Below are positions 53,501 to 63,812 of a stretch of DNA of 64,000 nucleotides, in pieces (position 1 is the stretch's first letter; each line of letters begins with the position of its first letter). The notes beneath the pieces were generated by a model. It was not told the origin of the DNA. It did not search any database and worked only from the letters and a program-made list of their open reading frames with translations. The stretch spans positions 10,332,390-10,396,389 of the forward strand of contig CM082580.2 of NCBI GenBank assembly GCA_040954595.2, read 5' to 3'. Position numbers and translations under genes: made by a program. This stretch comes from Balanoglossus misakiensis. Lineage: Eukaryota; Animalia; Hemichordata.

Positions 53501-56500
53501 CACAGCCTATTAGGCTGTGCTTGGACAAGCTGAAAGTTATTCCCTAATGGGCTTTTAATCAAAGCTAATTAATGTGGGAATGGGAAAAAAATTAGCTGCA
53601 TATTATGCTATTAGCATTCTACAAATGAGAAAATTAATGGCAAGTTTATGACACAGTGACATGTAGAGTGTATTTACCGTCAGAACTGTGTTCAAACTTG
53701 CATGGTGATGGACATTGTGAAAGTGAAAGGGGCGGGTTTACTGAGACATACATTATGACATGAACACTGCAAAACTTCAACAGAAAATTGTAAATGTACA
53801 TTTTAATATTGTAGAAAAAAAGAAGACTTCGCTCAGATTTGAACCTCGTAGTCCTTCACCACTGCTGCTTGCTGCTTTTCCGGGATTTTTTGATGGATAC
53901 CGGCATGACTGTACTCTGACAGCCAGTCAGAAAGCAGGGTGAAGTGCTGGCATTAGGGGGAATCAACTCCTAATAAATGGGATCAGTCATTTCATTTACC
54001 AACGAGCACCGAGAACACGCCACACGGCAACTTCTTCAAGATTGCGACCGGCTGACCTGTCCCCCCTTTACCTTGTCAATCTATTCCGATTCACTGATGA
54101 ACTCCTTGGCTTGTTAAAAAAATACCGTTAAAAATAGCTCACGAGATTTTTAACAAAGAACCTGCGCCTAATGGAGGCAGAGACCTTTGGATTTCCTTTT
54201 TCATTTGTACGTGCATCGTTGGATTATTTCATTTGCCTTTAATGTCCTTCTTTCTAATGAGTGTACTTGAGTGATTACGTCTATGTTTTCTTGTTCATCC
54301 GATTTTTCTATCAGAGCAGTCTCTCTAACTCAATATTTGTCTCCTGAATGATGAAATAATCTCGGGCAATGAAAAAGCCAAGTAGTCAACTTTGCTGATG
54401 GTTATTTGAATGATAACAACCAAATTGACAAATTGCAGCTAATTGTGCATCTGAAACAAACCTATCCAATTTGCTTTTAGATTGTCATTTAAACTGAAAC
54501 GAAATGCAAATATTTGCAAAATTAGGAGTTTTAAATTTCCCCCAGGCTGTCTGTGTGCAAAGCCCTCTTGACTAAGAACCAACACCTAAAATGTATTGGA
54601 TGATTACGAGATTTATTGCCAATATAACTCTTTACAAGAAAAACGTAAAATGTTTTGATATTAGTTTCCATATCGTTGTCGGGTAACAAACAATGATTTT
54701 TGAAGTAAAATCAATTTCTCTCCTTGTCGGCCTGTTAAGTGTTGTCGAGGTAACAGCTACCCTTTTGCGTGTGACTGAATTTAACCCGCAATGTCACCTT
54801 TGCACATGTATTTAGCTGAAACCAATACTTATGATCATGATATGAGACCAGCGAACAGAACATGTACTACAGTAGCTATGGTCTCAGGTTTTCTATAAAA
54901 AAAATGAGAAACTTATACCTTGGGAGGATAGTTCTTTTCTGAGCTAAATTTACCTATCTCAGGAGAACATTGGCTTTTAACATTAATCTCCACAAACAGA
55001 ACATATTTTTGGGTCACAAAGGAAGAAAAATTCAAACACAATCCACTAAATTGGCATTCAAAGCCAAGTTATTGCTGTGATGGTCAGACAAATAATACAC
55101 TGTCACTTTTCATTTACATCACCCAAACCATCTTTCGCAAATGACATTTTAATCACTTAATCAAATAACCTTACATGCTTTTTATCAAAAGAAACACACT
55201 GAAACAATGACCTTTGTTGAACTGAAAGCGCAGATATGGATTACAGTTATTTATACTATTAAAGTAAATTTCTGGGTTTTCTTTTTTTTTATCAGTGCAG
55301 TCTGATATTGATCTGAGCTGATGTAGAACAATTAGTACTGATGGAAAAGAAAACATTGGAAGTGGTGGGAGGTTGAATAGCCAAGTAGTCCCTCTGAACA
55401 AGTAACCTTTTAGTCGTATTTACGGATGAGTACACGCAAAAGTTGGAGAAATTACACTCTGTATGCCATATTCTCCGTACGCACATCACCCAGGCTCAAT
55501 TAACAGACCTGATGGATATTACTCCGGGCAGAGGTCCGCGACATGACAAATAAAACAGGATCATAAACACAGAAGGATAAAAAGACTAAAGTGGTACTAG
55601 TTCATTAGGCTCGCATTAATGATTTGACTCCAGTGAACTGGAGAAAATGAAATGTCGAGATTCTGGGCCTCCTGAAAGATATACGGTATGCCTGGTGGAA
55701 ATATTAACAGGGGTGATATTGCAACAGGGATGGATTTGCTTTTTACACAGAATGCATATACTATGACTACAGAACATGTAGGCCTGTCTTAATCTGACCT
55801 GTGATTGCATTAAACCGTTTCATTCCATTTCCTTGCGTACAGGCCAAGTGAGGCCATTCGAAGTGATGGAGTTAAGATCACGGGCTTATGGCGTAATGTA
55901 TTACGTTGGGGTTCGGTGTTATTAATCCTGTCTGATACCGTGGCAATAAACCTGCCTTACATGTCTATGAATCAACTGTCCATGTGTGCAAGCATAGAGG
56001 ATGAACATACATATTTGTACATATACATACATGTACAGACAGACAGACAGACAGACTGACAGACAGACAGACAGTCAAATTTCTATTTCCACTTACCTCT
56101 GTACGTATCGTAATTGATGTCATCTAAGGAGGCTATGGCCGACCCGAACCTGGCTCGACTCTGCATCCCGGTCAACTTGTCTGGCCCAACAAATTTGTGC
56201 TGCACAGAAAAAAAAGATAGATACGGGAGACATGTGAGTGAAGAATGTGTGGTAAAATTAAAATCTAGTGGAAACATTACAAAACTTTTTGAACCGATAA
56301 ATTGTGAAACTGAAACAGTGGTGAAATATTGCTGTCTGGAATCTCAATAAAGCTCTTGACAACCGAATATTGCGGCAGAGAAGGATTTCTCTCAAGACGC
56401 GTAAAATTGAAGTGGGGATAACTTTTACTTTGCACATAATTCTAAACCCTGGATGGTAGATTTATCGCAAGTAATGCCGATCACCACTGACTGAGATGCA

Positions 56501-59500
56501 GTGGGATTACGTAGGCTTGCGCACTATAACCACCTGGTATAAAATTAAGTCGTATTTTGAAAGCTGCCTTCTCACAGAAACGTTGGATTACAGTCGCAGT
56601 GCGGCAACGGGGTTGGCAAGAGTGTTTTTATCACAGAGAGAGAGAGAAAATCAAGCAACTTGTCACACGAAATCCTGACTGAAAAGGGCTTGCTGATGGA
56701 GGAGATTACTTCAAAAGCATGGTTAGGAGACCGAGAGTGACAACACAAGCTACCAAGGCTTTATATGTTATTTTTTCGTGGTAGGGTAGGCTTTGGGCGT
56801 TGGATAGCATACTCCCAGATGCAAAGTCACGTTGTTTTATTGTAAATCACAGATTACAGAGAAACAAACTCTGTGGTCATTTCAAGATGGTTGACGTCAG
56901 ATTTGACTAAACATGTAACAAGCCCAACGAGGCAACATAAACATGCATTTTTGTCTCAAGAGTGTGCAGTAAAATGTAATTTTCTGAGAGTAACATTTTT
57001 ATAAGAAAAACAAGACTGCAAAGCTCTCTGATGAGCATACAACTTCTTCTGGCGCCAGTCATTTTTCCAGGCAGCATGCAGCAAATTCTCCCCATAACAG
57101 TCTTTTTTGTAACGCTATTTACAGTCGATAAGCACCAATTGTTCCCTTTCTATTCACCATGAAAAAGACATCAATTTTTGCGAAGTACTTGAAGATATGA
57201 CGCATGTTGCGGCCAAATAGGCATTGCGTGTGTTTGAAGTGGTGTATACCTACATGTATACATGCAGGGGAAAAAAACCTTTCTGAAGCAAATCTTTGAG
57301 AACTATATTTATCTCAAATCAATAGTTTACCCATTCGTCAGTCGAGTCCTGATGTCTTAAGTACTACTCACTCTCTATCACTGCAATCTATTTTAAACGT
57401 AATCAATGTTATAATTTGAGAATGAACTTTCTGTGACTCAGACAAAATTAATAGAATACAGCTTCACAAGACTGTCCAATTTGAAACTGATTGTTTTTGT
57501 GTAAATTTGATTTGAAACACAGATGACATTTTCACGTGTAGGCAAACACAAGATATGGGTAGAATATTCGGAGAGGGCTGTCCTTAAAATTGAACATAAC
57601 TGTATGATTGACAGATGCAGAACACTGAGTAAGGTCTTACATCCACGCTGGTTTTTTTTTGCCCTCTTGATATCTTCAGGTAATTATCAGTATTCAATCT
57701 CTTATCCAGTCCCATGTACACGGCGCAGTTTTGAAAAAAAAATCATCCGTGTTTCATGGGAGGGTTGATTAATTTCCTGATCACCGAGGGATTATTAGAT
57801 TAGAGATTTCTCGCCGGGAGTTTTGAACCAAGGATTGACACCAACTGGGGAAATACTACCCTGGGAGTTTTGAAGCGTGCAGCAGATTGATGTCAGACGG
57901 AATAAAATAACCAGTAATTGTGAAAATAAAAGATATGTTTGAAAACAACATTCTGTTACCAGTGCTCTACTGGCTCAACGCAGGACAAACTCTGGATATT
58001 TTTTTTACTATTTCCAGTGCTGTATCCTCGTCAGATATCAAACAAACTCCTGGTATTTCTTTTAGTTTGTCACCTGATGAGGACACGATACAGTGGCCTC
58101 GGTTTATAGACCTTGCTATTCATAGAGAAATTTCAACGCATGGTTTTACTGTACCAGCAGACTGAGTATCCATATTATTTATAGACGTGCTACATTCAGT
58201 CTAGCCGTCACGCTATTTCTCACTTTGTTATTCGCAGACACTACACCAGGCACTTTTTTGACAGATTCTGCATTTTCCCTCCGTGTGTGCACCGTAATAA
58301 AATTTGGAATTTAATGAAACTGTCGCTTGTTGCCAGCTCAACTATCATATCACAGAAATCATCGCCAGTATGCATATTGATTATTGGGTTTTTCATTTGA
58401 ATTTTTTATTTACAACATAGAATTTGCTGTTTTTTTGAGAATACACAGATACATGTACATGTATAGTACCAATCCATCAACCCATATACATATGTACCCA
58501 CATGCAGATGTGCATTCACACATGTGCAGGATGACACACCTGTATGTATGAGTTTAATCATTTAAGCTTATAATGAGTGTGTATGTGTGCTATACAGCCA
58601 TACAAATTATTTTCAAAACACTCACCCTTTCAAACCTTGCCTGTTGATAATATATATAAACTCGCCCAGCTTCCCATTTTTCGATCGTTCCAGTCCTGTC
58701 AGTGAAGAACGGTGCCCCGACCACGATGTCATCGAGCCTATACACGAAAGAGAGAAAAAAAGGAAGAAAAGAAATAGCAGGACATTTATATCTATGAGGC
58801 TTTAGCAGGCTTTAATGAGATTTCCTATCTCCTGGTCCCCAGCTTCTGCAAATATGATTATAGTCAAACTGATAAAATTAAAACCGCTGCAGGAGAAGAA
58901 CGCGGCCCGCTACATACAGCCAGACTGTCAACAACACGACTCGTTCAAAAAGCACCTCGCAAATCAAACCATACAAAGGTAGATAGTGGCGATCTCATGG
59001 GGGCTTTCGTTATCTCTCACGCTGCTGCTGCTACTCAATCTGAAAACTTTCCTCTGCGCAAACAGACATTTTAATCTGATTCATCTGAATATCGTTTGGG
59101 GTCTGGGAATTACACTCTGTCTTGTTTCTGAATGCACGAAATTATTTTGAGCATCTTGTTTTTTTCCTTTGTGGGTTTTTTGAGCGAAGACTCACTTTGC
59201 TGAAGATGTGATAAAATCTATCCCTTGAAGTACAGAAGATGAACAAAAGAGAGTCTTTTCTTTTCTTTTTTCTTTGCCTTATATGACGCATGCCATTCCA
59301 GAAGCAAACTGGCATAGATGAGAAACGTTCTCAAAGCTATGGTATTGGCAGAAAGCTATCTTATTACAAAACAGCATGAAGCTCTGAATACATAACACAC
59401 AGGAATACAGATATATTTTTTATCAAAGTTGTTATGTGCGTGTAGCACAATTTTAATATCGGCTCATGAGGGTCCTTTGTGGTTACTTCGCCCACTCATC

Positions 59501-62472
59501 TAACGGGAAGTGTTTATTGCGAAGAGTCGACTCGCGGTTTCTTGGAGCAAGTTAGATTAAGAAAGACTGCACCTTAGGGAAAGACATTCTGCATTGTAAT
59601 AATTGGTTTGACGAAACTCCACTGCCTGAAGATTCGACGCCGGCTCGATCAGCAACTGAGGGTTTGAGTGTTTACGTACGTCACTCTAGAGAAGCAACCA
59701 GATGCAGTACAACAAAGAGCAATGGCACAATTCAGTCCCATTCTGCATGGTTCCCTGAGGCGATTCTGCCACTGCCTGCTCGTGGGTTTAATATAGACTC
59801 TATAAATATGCGGCAACCATCTTTCCTAGATTTTGGGCAAGATGCGCCATTGTATGCTACATGTACGTCACAGAACTCAGATCCTATTCAAAATCAGCCA
59901 TTTCAGTGGTGAACTTTATCAGGAATATCTACCCTGCGCAAATGAATATAGACGGGCTGTTTATTCAGGCTTCCTTCCTGAAAACACACCTTCTGACTGA
60001 TAAAAAAAACAGAGGACTAATGGAACTTTAGGGTCACTTTCACACTCCCTGATAGCTTCCGCCATCTCTGGAGAATTTCACTTCTAATGTGTTTGCCGAA
60101 ATCTCCACAAGCATTTCTGACTGACAGGTGTGCAGTACATCACAACAGGTGGCAATACAGAAGGTCACAGCTACATGCGGGAAATGCCACCAGAATTCTA
60201 AAACAGTCGAGCTTTTATGCGTGAGCTATCCATTAGGGTTTTTCCGGGTTATTTTGCCAGTTTTAGGGAAAATCTAGAAATGTCACAATTTTAAAAATGT
60301 TCAATTTTTAAATAAAAGCTTGAAAATAGAGTACAGCACAGATCCACCATCACTGACAGCTGTTTGTTTCATGGAGAAAAGTTGCCTTAAGGCAACTGTT
60401 GCCATGACAACCATATAACCTTTACACACATTTGGATCATCAAACTTCGGCTGTGCACATGAAATATTACGTGTAGCCATTACACAACACATCTATCTGG
60501 CTTGTATGTTGTATATCATCAACAAAGTGACAGCTGCTTCTATTTTACTTTTTACAAGAAATTTTACGGCACTGCCTGTTAATGTCACGTTCCCCGCACA
60601 AAATATGTCTCCTCGTGATAAATGTTGTCGTTTCACCTACCCGTCTTTATTGAGGTCCTCCACACAGACGGAGAAACCAAAGTAGGCCCCCAACTGCTCT
60701 CCAGGTAATTGGTGCAACAGTTGTAATTCGGAGTCAAACACCTTCACCTGTGGAGAGAGAAAAAACCAAGAGTGATGACCCGAGACATTGACACTGTCAT
60801 CGTTTATAAAGCGTGTGACCACAATGAGTAATAGGGTGGGGTTCTCTCGTGTTGTTTGACGAAAACTGAGATCAACTTTGCTCTCTGATAATTGGATATA
60901 AGCTGTCGTTTCTTGACTCTGTCAAACATGTAATGTAAAACTGCACCTGACCATTAAATTTAAACAGAATGACACACACAGGTATTTCTTGGAAATCTTT
61001 TTTTGAAAGGTCACTGCTCAAGGTTATCATCATCTGTCTTTTATGCGTGTTACGTATTCAATACTTTACATGCTTTGCTGTCCACTGAAATTTGGTTCCA
61101 TAAAATGACGCGATTTGAGATTTCACTTTTGGGAATCCTTTGAAGACTACTTTCCACCAAATATGACATTACATTCAAGATGTACGCTCAACATACATGT
61201 ATGTGCAGATTGTATGACTTTGAGTGTACACTTTCACTAGGATTGCCACCTGATCATTTTTGTCACATACATGTAGTTCTGTGAACATTTATCAAAACTG
61301 ATCACTACCACTGGACCTCACAGAGTGTGTTCGACATATTTTGCAAAAATATAGTGTCGTTTTAATGAGATAAACGACTGGTGTGGCCTTTACACTGTAG
61401 AGTCTCCGACAAGGCCATATCTCGATATTGAGTTGTCAAGCCTTTTATTGGATGCACGCTAGATTAAAAAGGGCAAAATGCCCTCCACAGATTGCTGCTC
61501 AATACAGGATTCACCCAATCTACTCTGATCACACTGTATAGCGTCATTTTTAATATCTGTCACATTAAAATCTGCCACAACAGATGTGTCATCTTTTTTT
61601 AAAGTGCGAGTGGCAAGCCCAGTCAGAATGCATGAATCATTCACCGAAAATCATCTTGACTGAAAGCATATCATATCTCATACTTCTTTTGCCACACACG
61701 TTACCATATTTTGTCTAAATATTCTGCAAAGTGTCTTGATGAGATATTGGTTTTTCAGCACAGGGAGTCAGAAAAGGGCAGTGTTTGTTATTAAAATAAG
61801 GAAAAACACAATTTCAAAGCATCTGTGTAAGATTTGTGATCTCACTGTAGCTGTGCCACTGTGCAAAAATGTGCAGTCAAAATTTACTCATAACAAGAAT
61901 GATTTTATAAAACATTTGAACATTTCTTTGTTGTGACTTTGGCATTTAAAAAGCCCAGAGTGCACACATGTGGAAACACACAAAACACTCGGCTTATGGC
62001 TAGAAACTCTCAGTTTTAATCTTATCTGTCGTCAAACGAGTTTAGCCTGTCATTTTCAAATGACACTGTATACTTGATATAATCCTCTAAAAGCCCATTT
62101 CAGTAAATCTTCAGGCTTGCATGACGTTATATCAAAACTTAAAAGCTTTGCGGATATGCTCACTGATAGCCAAAATAACTGAGATTTCACTAAGTGGTCT
62201 TGTCACATAACTGTTTTTTTTTTCTTCTAAATTTTTGTGTTAGATGAACGTGACGAGATGCACCAAGTTTATAGATACTGAAGTAATGTAGAAGTCCTAT
62301 TGAGTTAGAGTTGCAGTTTGTACGTGGCAAGTTTTCTGGATAAAATGAAAAGTCCCTACACTATTGGAAGGAGACTGACTTACCATTCCTTTCAAGTCAT
62401 TACTGCGGGGTACTCCTGCTACGTAGTCATCGCTGGAATCATAAGTAAATTCTCCAACTGCCACTGAATAGC
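23433..62472 (-). CDS. Integrin alpha subunit gene A (PS2/RGD clade, alpha-8/alpha-V/alpha-5-like), 23 exons in window, 5' end beyond 64000
   Basis: All 22 introns are GT-AG with matching phases; 2426 coding nt give one open frame: GYSVAVGEF...YFGFSV...DLNKDGLDDIVVGAP...RFGSAIA...DIVIGAPYGGDD...FGFSLSGGLDMDDNHYPDILIGAY...TRPVV...CGERDKCIPDL...NEGDDAFE...CDCGNP...LRNLGPS...RRVRR...TM...WKAGFFKRKR. Motifs such as GAPYGG, ARFGSAIA and GEQxxAYFGFSV match alphaV/alpha5/alpha8. Confidence 0.96.
23702..23827 (-). CDS. Gene A transmembrane exon
   Basis: VTTIANTERPQPRTLPVPLWVLAVSVAAGLLLLILMVLGLWK; phase 0/0, donor gtgagc. Confidence 0.95.
24917..25018 (-). CDS. Gene A exon, calf-2 C-terminal part
   Basis: GGYDKTEITSDAHVQITSVPYDITPDGYPKAKSE; 102 nt, phase 0/0. 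Confidence 0.9.
25553..25669 (-). CDS. Gene A exon, calf-2 (light-chain cysteines)
   Basis: DCRSATCVRIKCPVEFVLNNGESTFVQIRSRLWKDTLLK; 117 nt, phase 0/0. Confidence 0.93.
26862..26966 (-). CDS. Gene A exon, heavy/light chain cleavage loop
   Basis: IDEEKLTFQVNLTDGIEHARRVRRNAVEEIKELDI; furin consensus RVRR; 105 nt, phase 0/0. Confidence 0.9.
27279..27437 (-). CDS. Gene A exon, calf-2
   Basis: LRNLGPSAIDGAIIQIFWPAKTYRGDYLLYLLDVQLQGGIPCISDALNPEGIQ; 159 nt. Confidence 0.95.
27527..27629 (-). CDS. Gene A exon, calf-2 start
   Basis: (G)VSVPEQVKFKRRKRPDFVIDHEDDIGPEIIQLYE; 103 nt, phase 2/0. Confidence 0.93.
28040..28132 (-). CDS. Gene A exon, calf-1 end
   Basis: (S)SNNETSEESLFDNEYFVDIPLRVKTSIRFT(G); 93 nt, phase 2/2. 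Confidence 0.88.
29421..29500 (-). CDS. Gene A exon, calf-1
   Basis: VDFGLVLSSNVQNTSLSALRIQLYAN(S); 80 nt, phase 0/2, donor gtaagt. Confidence 0.85.
30097..30355. mobile_element. Degenerate MITE-like element with about 45 bp terminal inverted repeats
   Basis: Left ttgctgtggatctgtatcagcatcattacctttgcagtttgtttg versus reverse complement of the right end ttgctgcagatccatagccctaccactacctcggctgtttgtgttg. Confidence 0.5.
31662..31748 (-). CDS. Gene A exon, calf-1
   Basis: DYTVGCVDVVDMPGVVKCDCGNPIETASQ; 87 nt, phase 0/0. Confidence 0.92.
32423..32567 (-). CDS. Gene A exon, calf-1 start
   Basis: (I)TNPIYVGSPDTTTLKVLVNNEGDDAFESEVFIWLPESLDFVRVDQREE; 145 nt, phase 2/0. Confidence 0.94.
33092..33159 (-). 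CDS. Gene A exon, genu
   Basis: AYILNNCGERDKCIPDLVVSAA(I); 68 nt, phase 0/2. Confidence 0.94.
35470..35601 (-). CDS. Gene A exon, thigh C-terminal part
   Basis: ADVEDKYSAIAIDISTKLVERNQKKKRELSPILNAYISPVVRTK; 132 nt, phase 0/0. Confidence 0.92.
40672..40731. repeat. Two-copy 30 bp tandem duplication
   Basis: tttgcgaaataaccgtgcctatcagagcat / tttgcgaaatagccgtgcctatcagagcgt (2 mismatches). Confidence 0.9.
42815..42963 (-). CDS. Gene A exon, thigh
   Basis: (E)IEYETVLDALKEHPKRAFFPEDGKNYEKKVVVLNKKKDRVCKISRVHLK; 149 nt, phase 1/0. Confidence 0.92.
44984..45039 (-). CDS. Gene A exon, thigh
   Basis: (C)FMFTRCFSYTGRHVPSSI(E); 56 nt, phase 2/1. Confidence 0.9.
45585..45686 (-). CDS. Gene A exon, thigh start
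   Basis: (K)TRPVVDLDVDVTLTPEVIDLEVKTCVQDGIRFA(C); 102 nt, phase 2/2. Confidence 0.93.
50085..50130 (-). CDS. Gene A exon, end of propeller blade 7
   Basis: (D)ILIGAYESDQAVLL(K); 46 nt, phase 1/2. Confidence 0.92.
50539..50629 (-). CDS. Gene A exon, FG-GAP 7
   Basis: VIKASDIHPDMRTFGFSLSGGLDMDDNHYP(D); 91 nt, phase 0/1. Confidence 0.94.
52244..52335. mobile_element. Short TTAA-flanked MITE remnant (piggyBac-type CCCT ends)
   Basis: ttaaCCCTTTCACCCCC...ggtccaa...ttggacc...GGTGGTATCAAGGGtt: imperfect terminal and subterminal inverted repeats; TTAA intact on the left only. Confidence 0.5.
52447..52544 (-). CDS. Gene A exon, FG-GAP 6
   Basis: (D)IVIGAPYGGDDERGEVYIYNGSPDGIRKHPAQ; 98 nt, phase 1/0. 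Confidence 0.95.
56035..56074. repeat. (ACAG)n tetranucleotide microsatellite
   Basis: acagacagacagacagacagactgacagacagacagacag, about 22 nt inside the intron from a donor site. Confidence 0.9.
56097..56199 (-). CDS. Gene A exon, FG-GAP 6 first half
   Basis: HKFVGPDKLTGMQSRARFGSAIASLDDINYDTYR(D); 103 nt, phase 0/1. Confidence 0.95.
58626..58737 (-). CDS. Gene A exon, FG-GAP 5 second half
   Basis: (G)LDDIVVGAPFFTDRTGTIEKWEAGRVYIYYQQARFER; 112 nt, phase 2/0, donor gtgagt. Confidence 0.92.
60641..60747 (-). CDS. Gene A exon, FG-GAP 4/5
   Basis: VKVFDSELQLLHQLPGEQLGAYFGFSVCVEDLNKD(G); 107 nt, phase 0/2. Confidence 0.95.
62384..62472 (-). CDS. Gene A exon, FG-GAP 4 (most 5' exon found in window)
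   Basis: (G)YSVAVGEFTYDSSDDYVAGVPRSNDLKGM; 89 nt, phase 1/0, (CT)n-rich acceptor. Confidence 0.95.
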
Positions 62473-63751
62473 CTATCGAGAGAGCAAGAGAGAGCGAGAG
62501 AGAGATAAACAAGTGTAATACAATTCAATTCCATGCTTAGTTTAATCAATTATATGATTCAAGTGTCTGTACAGTAAAGGTACACTGGTGGGTTTAGTCA
62601 TGTTGTGTGAATATATAACACGTGAAATCAGTGTCTGCTTCTGAATCATTGTGTGTTTTGCTGGTGTCTCTGATGGACACCAGTGCAGTGATCTCACGTT
62701 TAAGCGTCCCATCCCCTTGCTATCACTGTATGAGTTGTTCTCTGTCATGTCGTTTGAGAGATAACATATTGTGAAAATCAAAAATACTTCCAGATGGGTA
62801 TTACATGTTTAATTGACATTCCCAGAGTGGGATTTTTTTTGATAAAAATATAATCCACGAGGAATTAAGAGATTATATCTAACGTGATTGTCTGATCTGA
62901 TGCTTGTGGAGTTAACAAATCCGGCAGGAATTTTTCTGTGCTGATATTTTTTCATTTTTCCAGAAAAACTTCGGCGGCCGTTTGCTGATAACATCCGAAG
63001 TATTACGACAAAAATATGCATAATGAGCAATTTGCGCAGGAAATAAAACGAGAATGACCCAGCGGTATAGAGGAAGGGGGGATCTGGGATGTGCCATTAA
63101 ATCAGGCAGCCGACTGGAAAGCCAGGAAATGTACATGGAAATATCACGGCTATGCACCGATGGATCCTTCCCGGGAATTACAGTGCCGTTCTGTGGGAGA
63201 CGCACAAAATGCATGACGGAAAAAAAAACCAACAACCCGGGCCCGTAGTAGAGTTCAAGAAGAATTGCACTCTGGGGATTGCTGATTTGTCTGACAGGAC
63301 AGATTGGCAATCAATAGCAACACACACAAAAACATGTCCACCGTAGCAAGAATAGAATGATGAATCTCGATACAGCTCATCATTGAACGGTTTCTGCATT
63401 TTATTTTACCCCCCGCACTGGAAAAATCCTGCTTGCGTTTTCAAAATCAATCGTTTCGATTCACACACTCGCATCTAATGCGAGAACCAAACACTTATTG
63501 CCGAAGAAATTTACAACCAGGTAAATCAATTTTCAAATAAACTTAACACCCTTTTCGTGTTTTTCGCTTAGTATCTCGGCCGTGTATCAAATCATAGCTT
63601 CTGGTTGTACTTCAAGATCCTTTGTTCAGTGGGAGAGAAGAGGGTATTACAATGTAAACAGGGACGTATTTTCATAGGCCTCCTACATTCATATATGCAA
63701 ACACAACTACATACACATGTCGTGGTATCATTAGAGTGTCTGTCTCCACTC

Positions 63752-63812
63752 TCCCCTGGGGATGGGGAATGTACAGAGCAACTTCCCCTAGGGGATGGGG
63801 ACCAGAGCAACT
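63752..63812. repeat. Imperfect two-copy tandem duplication with G4/C4 runs
   Basis: tcccctggggatggggaatgtacagagcaact / tcccctaggggatggggaccagagcaact. Confidence 0.75.

Noticed and set aside
58636-58641. Alternative GC donor (CAG|gcaagg) for the FG-GAP 5 exon
   Set aside because: A canonical in-phase gtgagt donor lies 15 nt downstream and is preferred.
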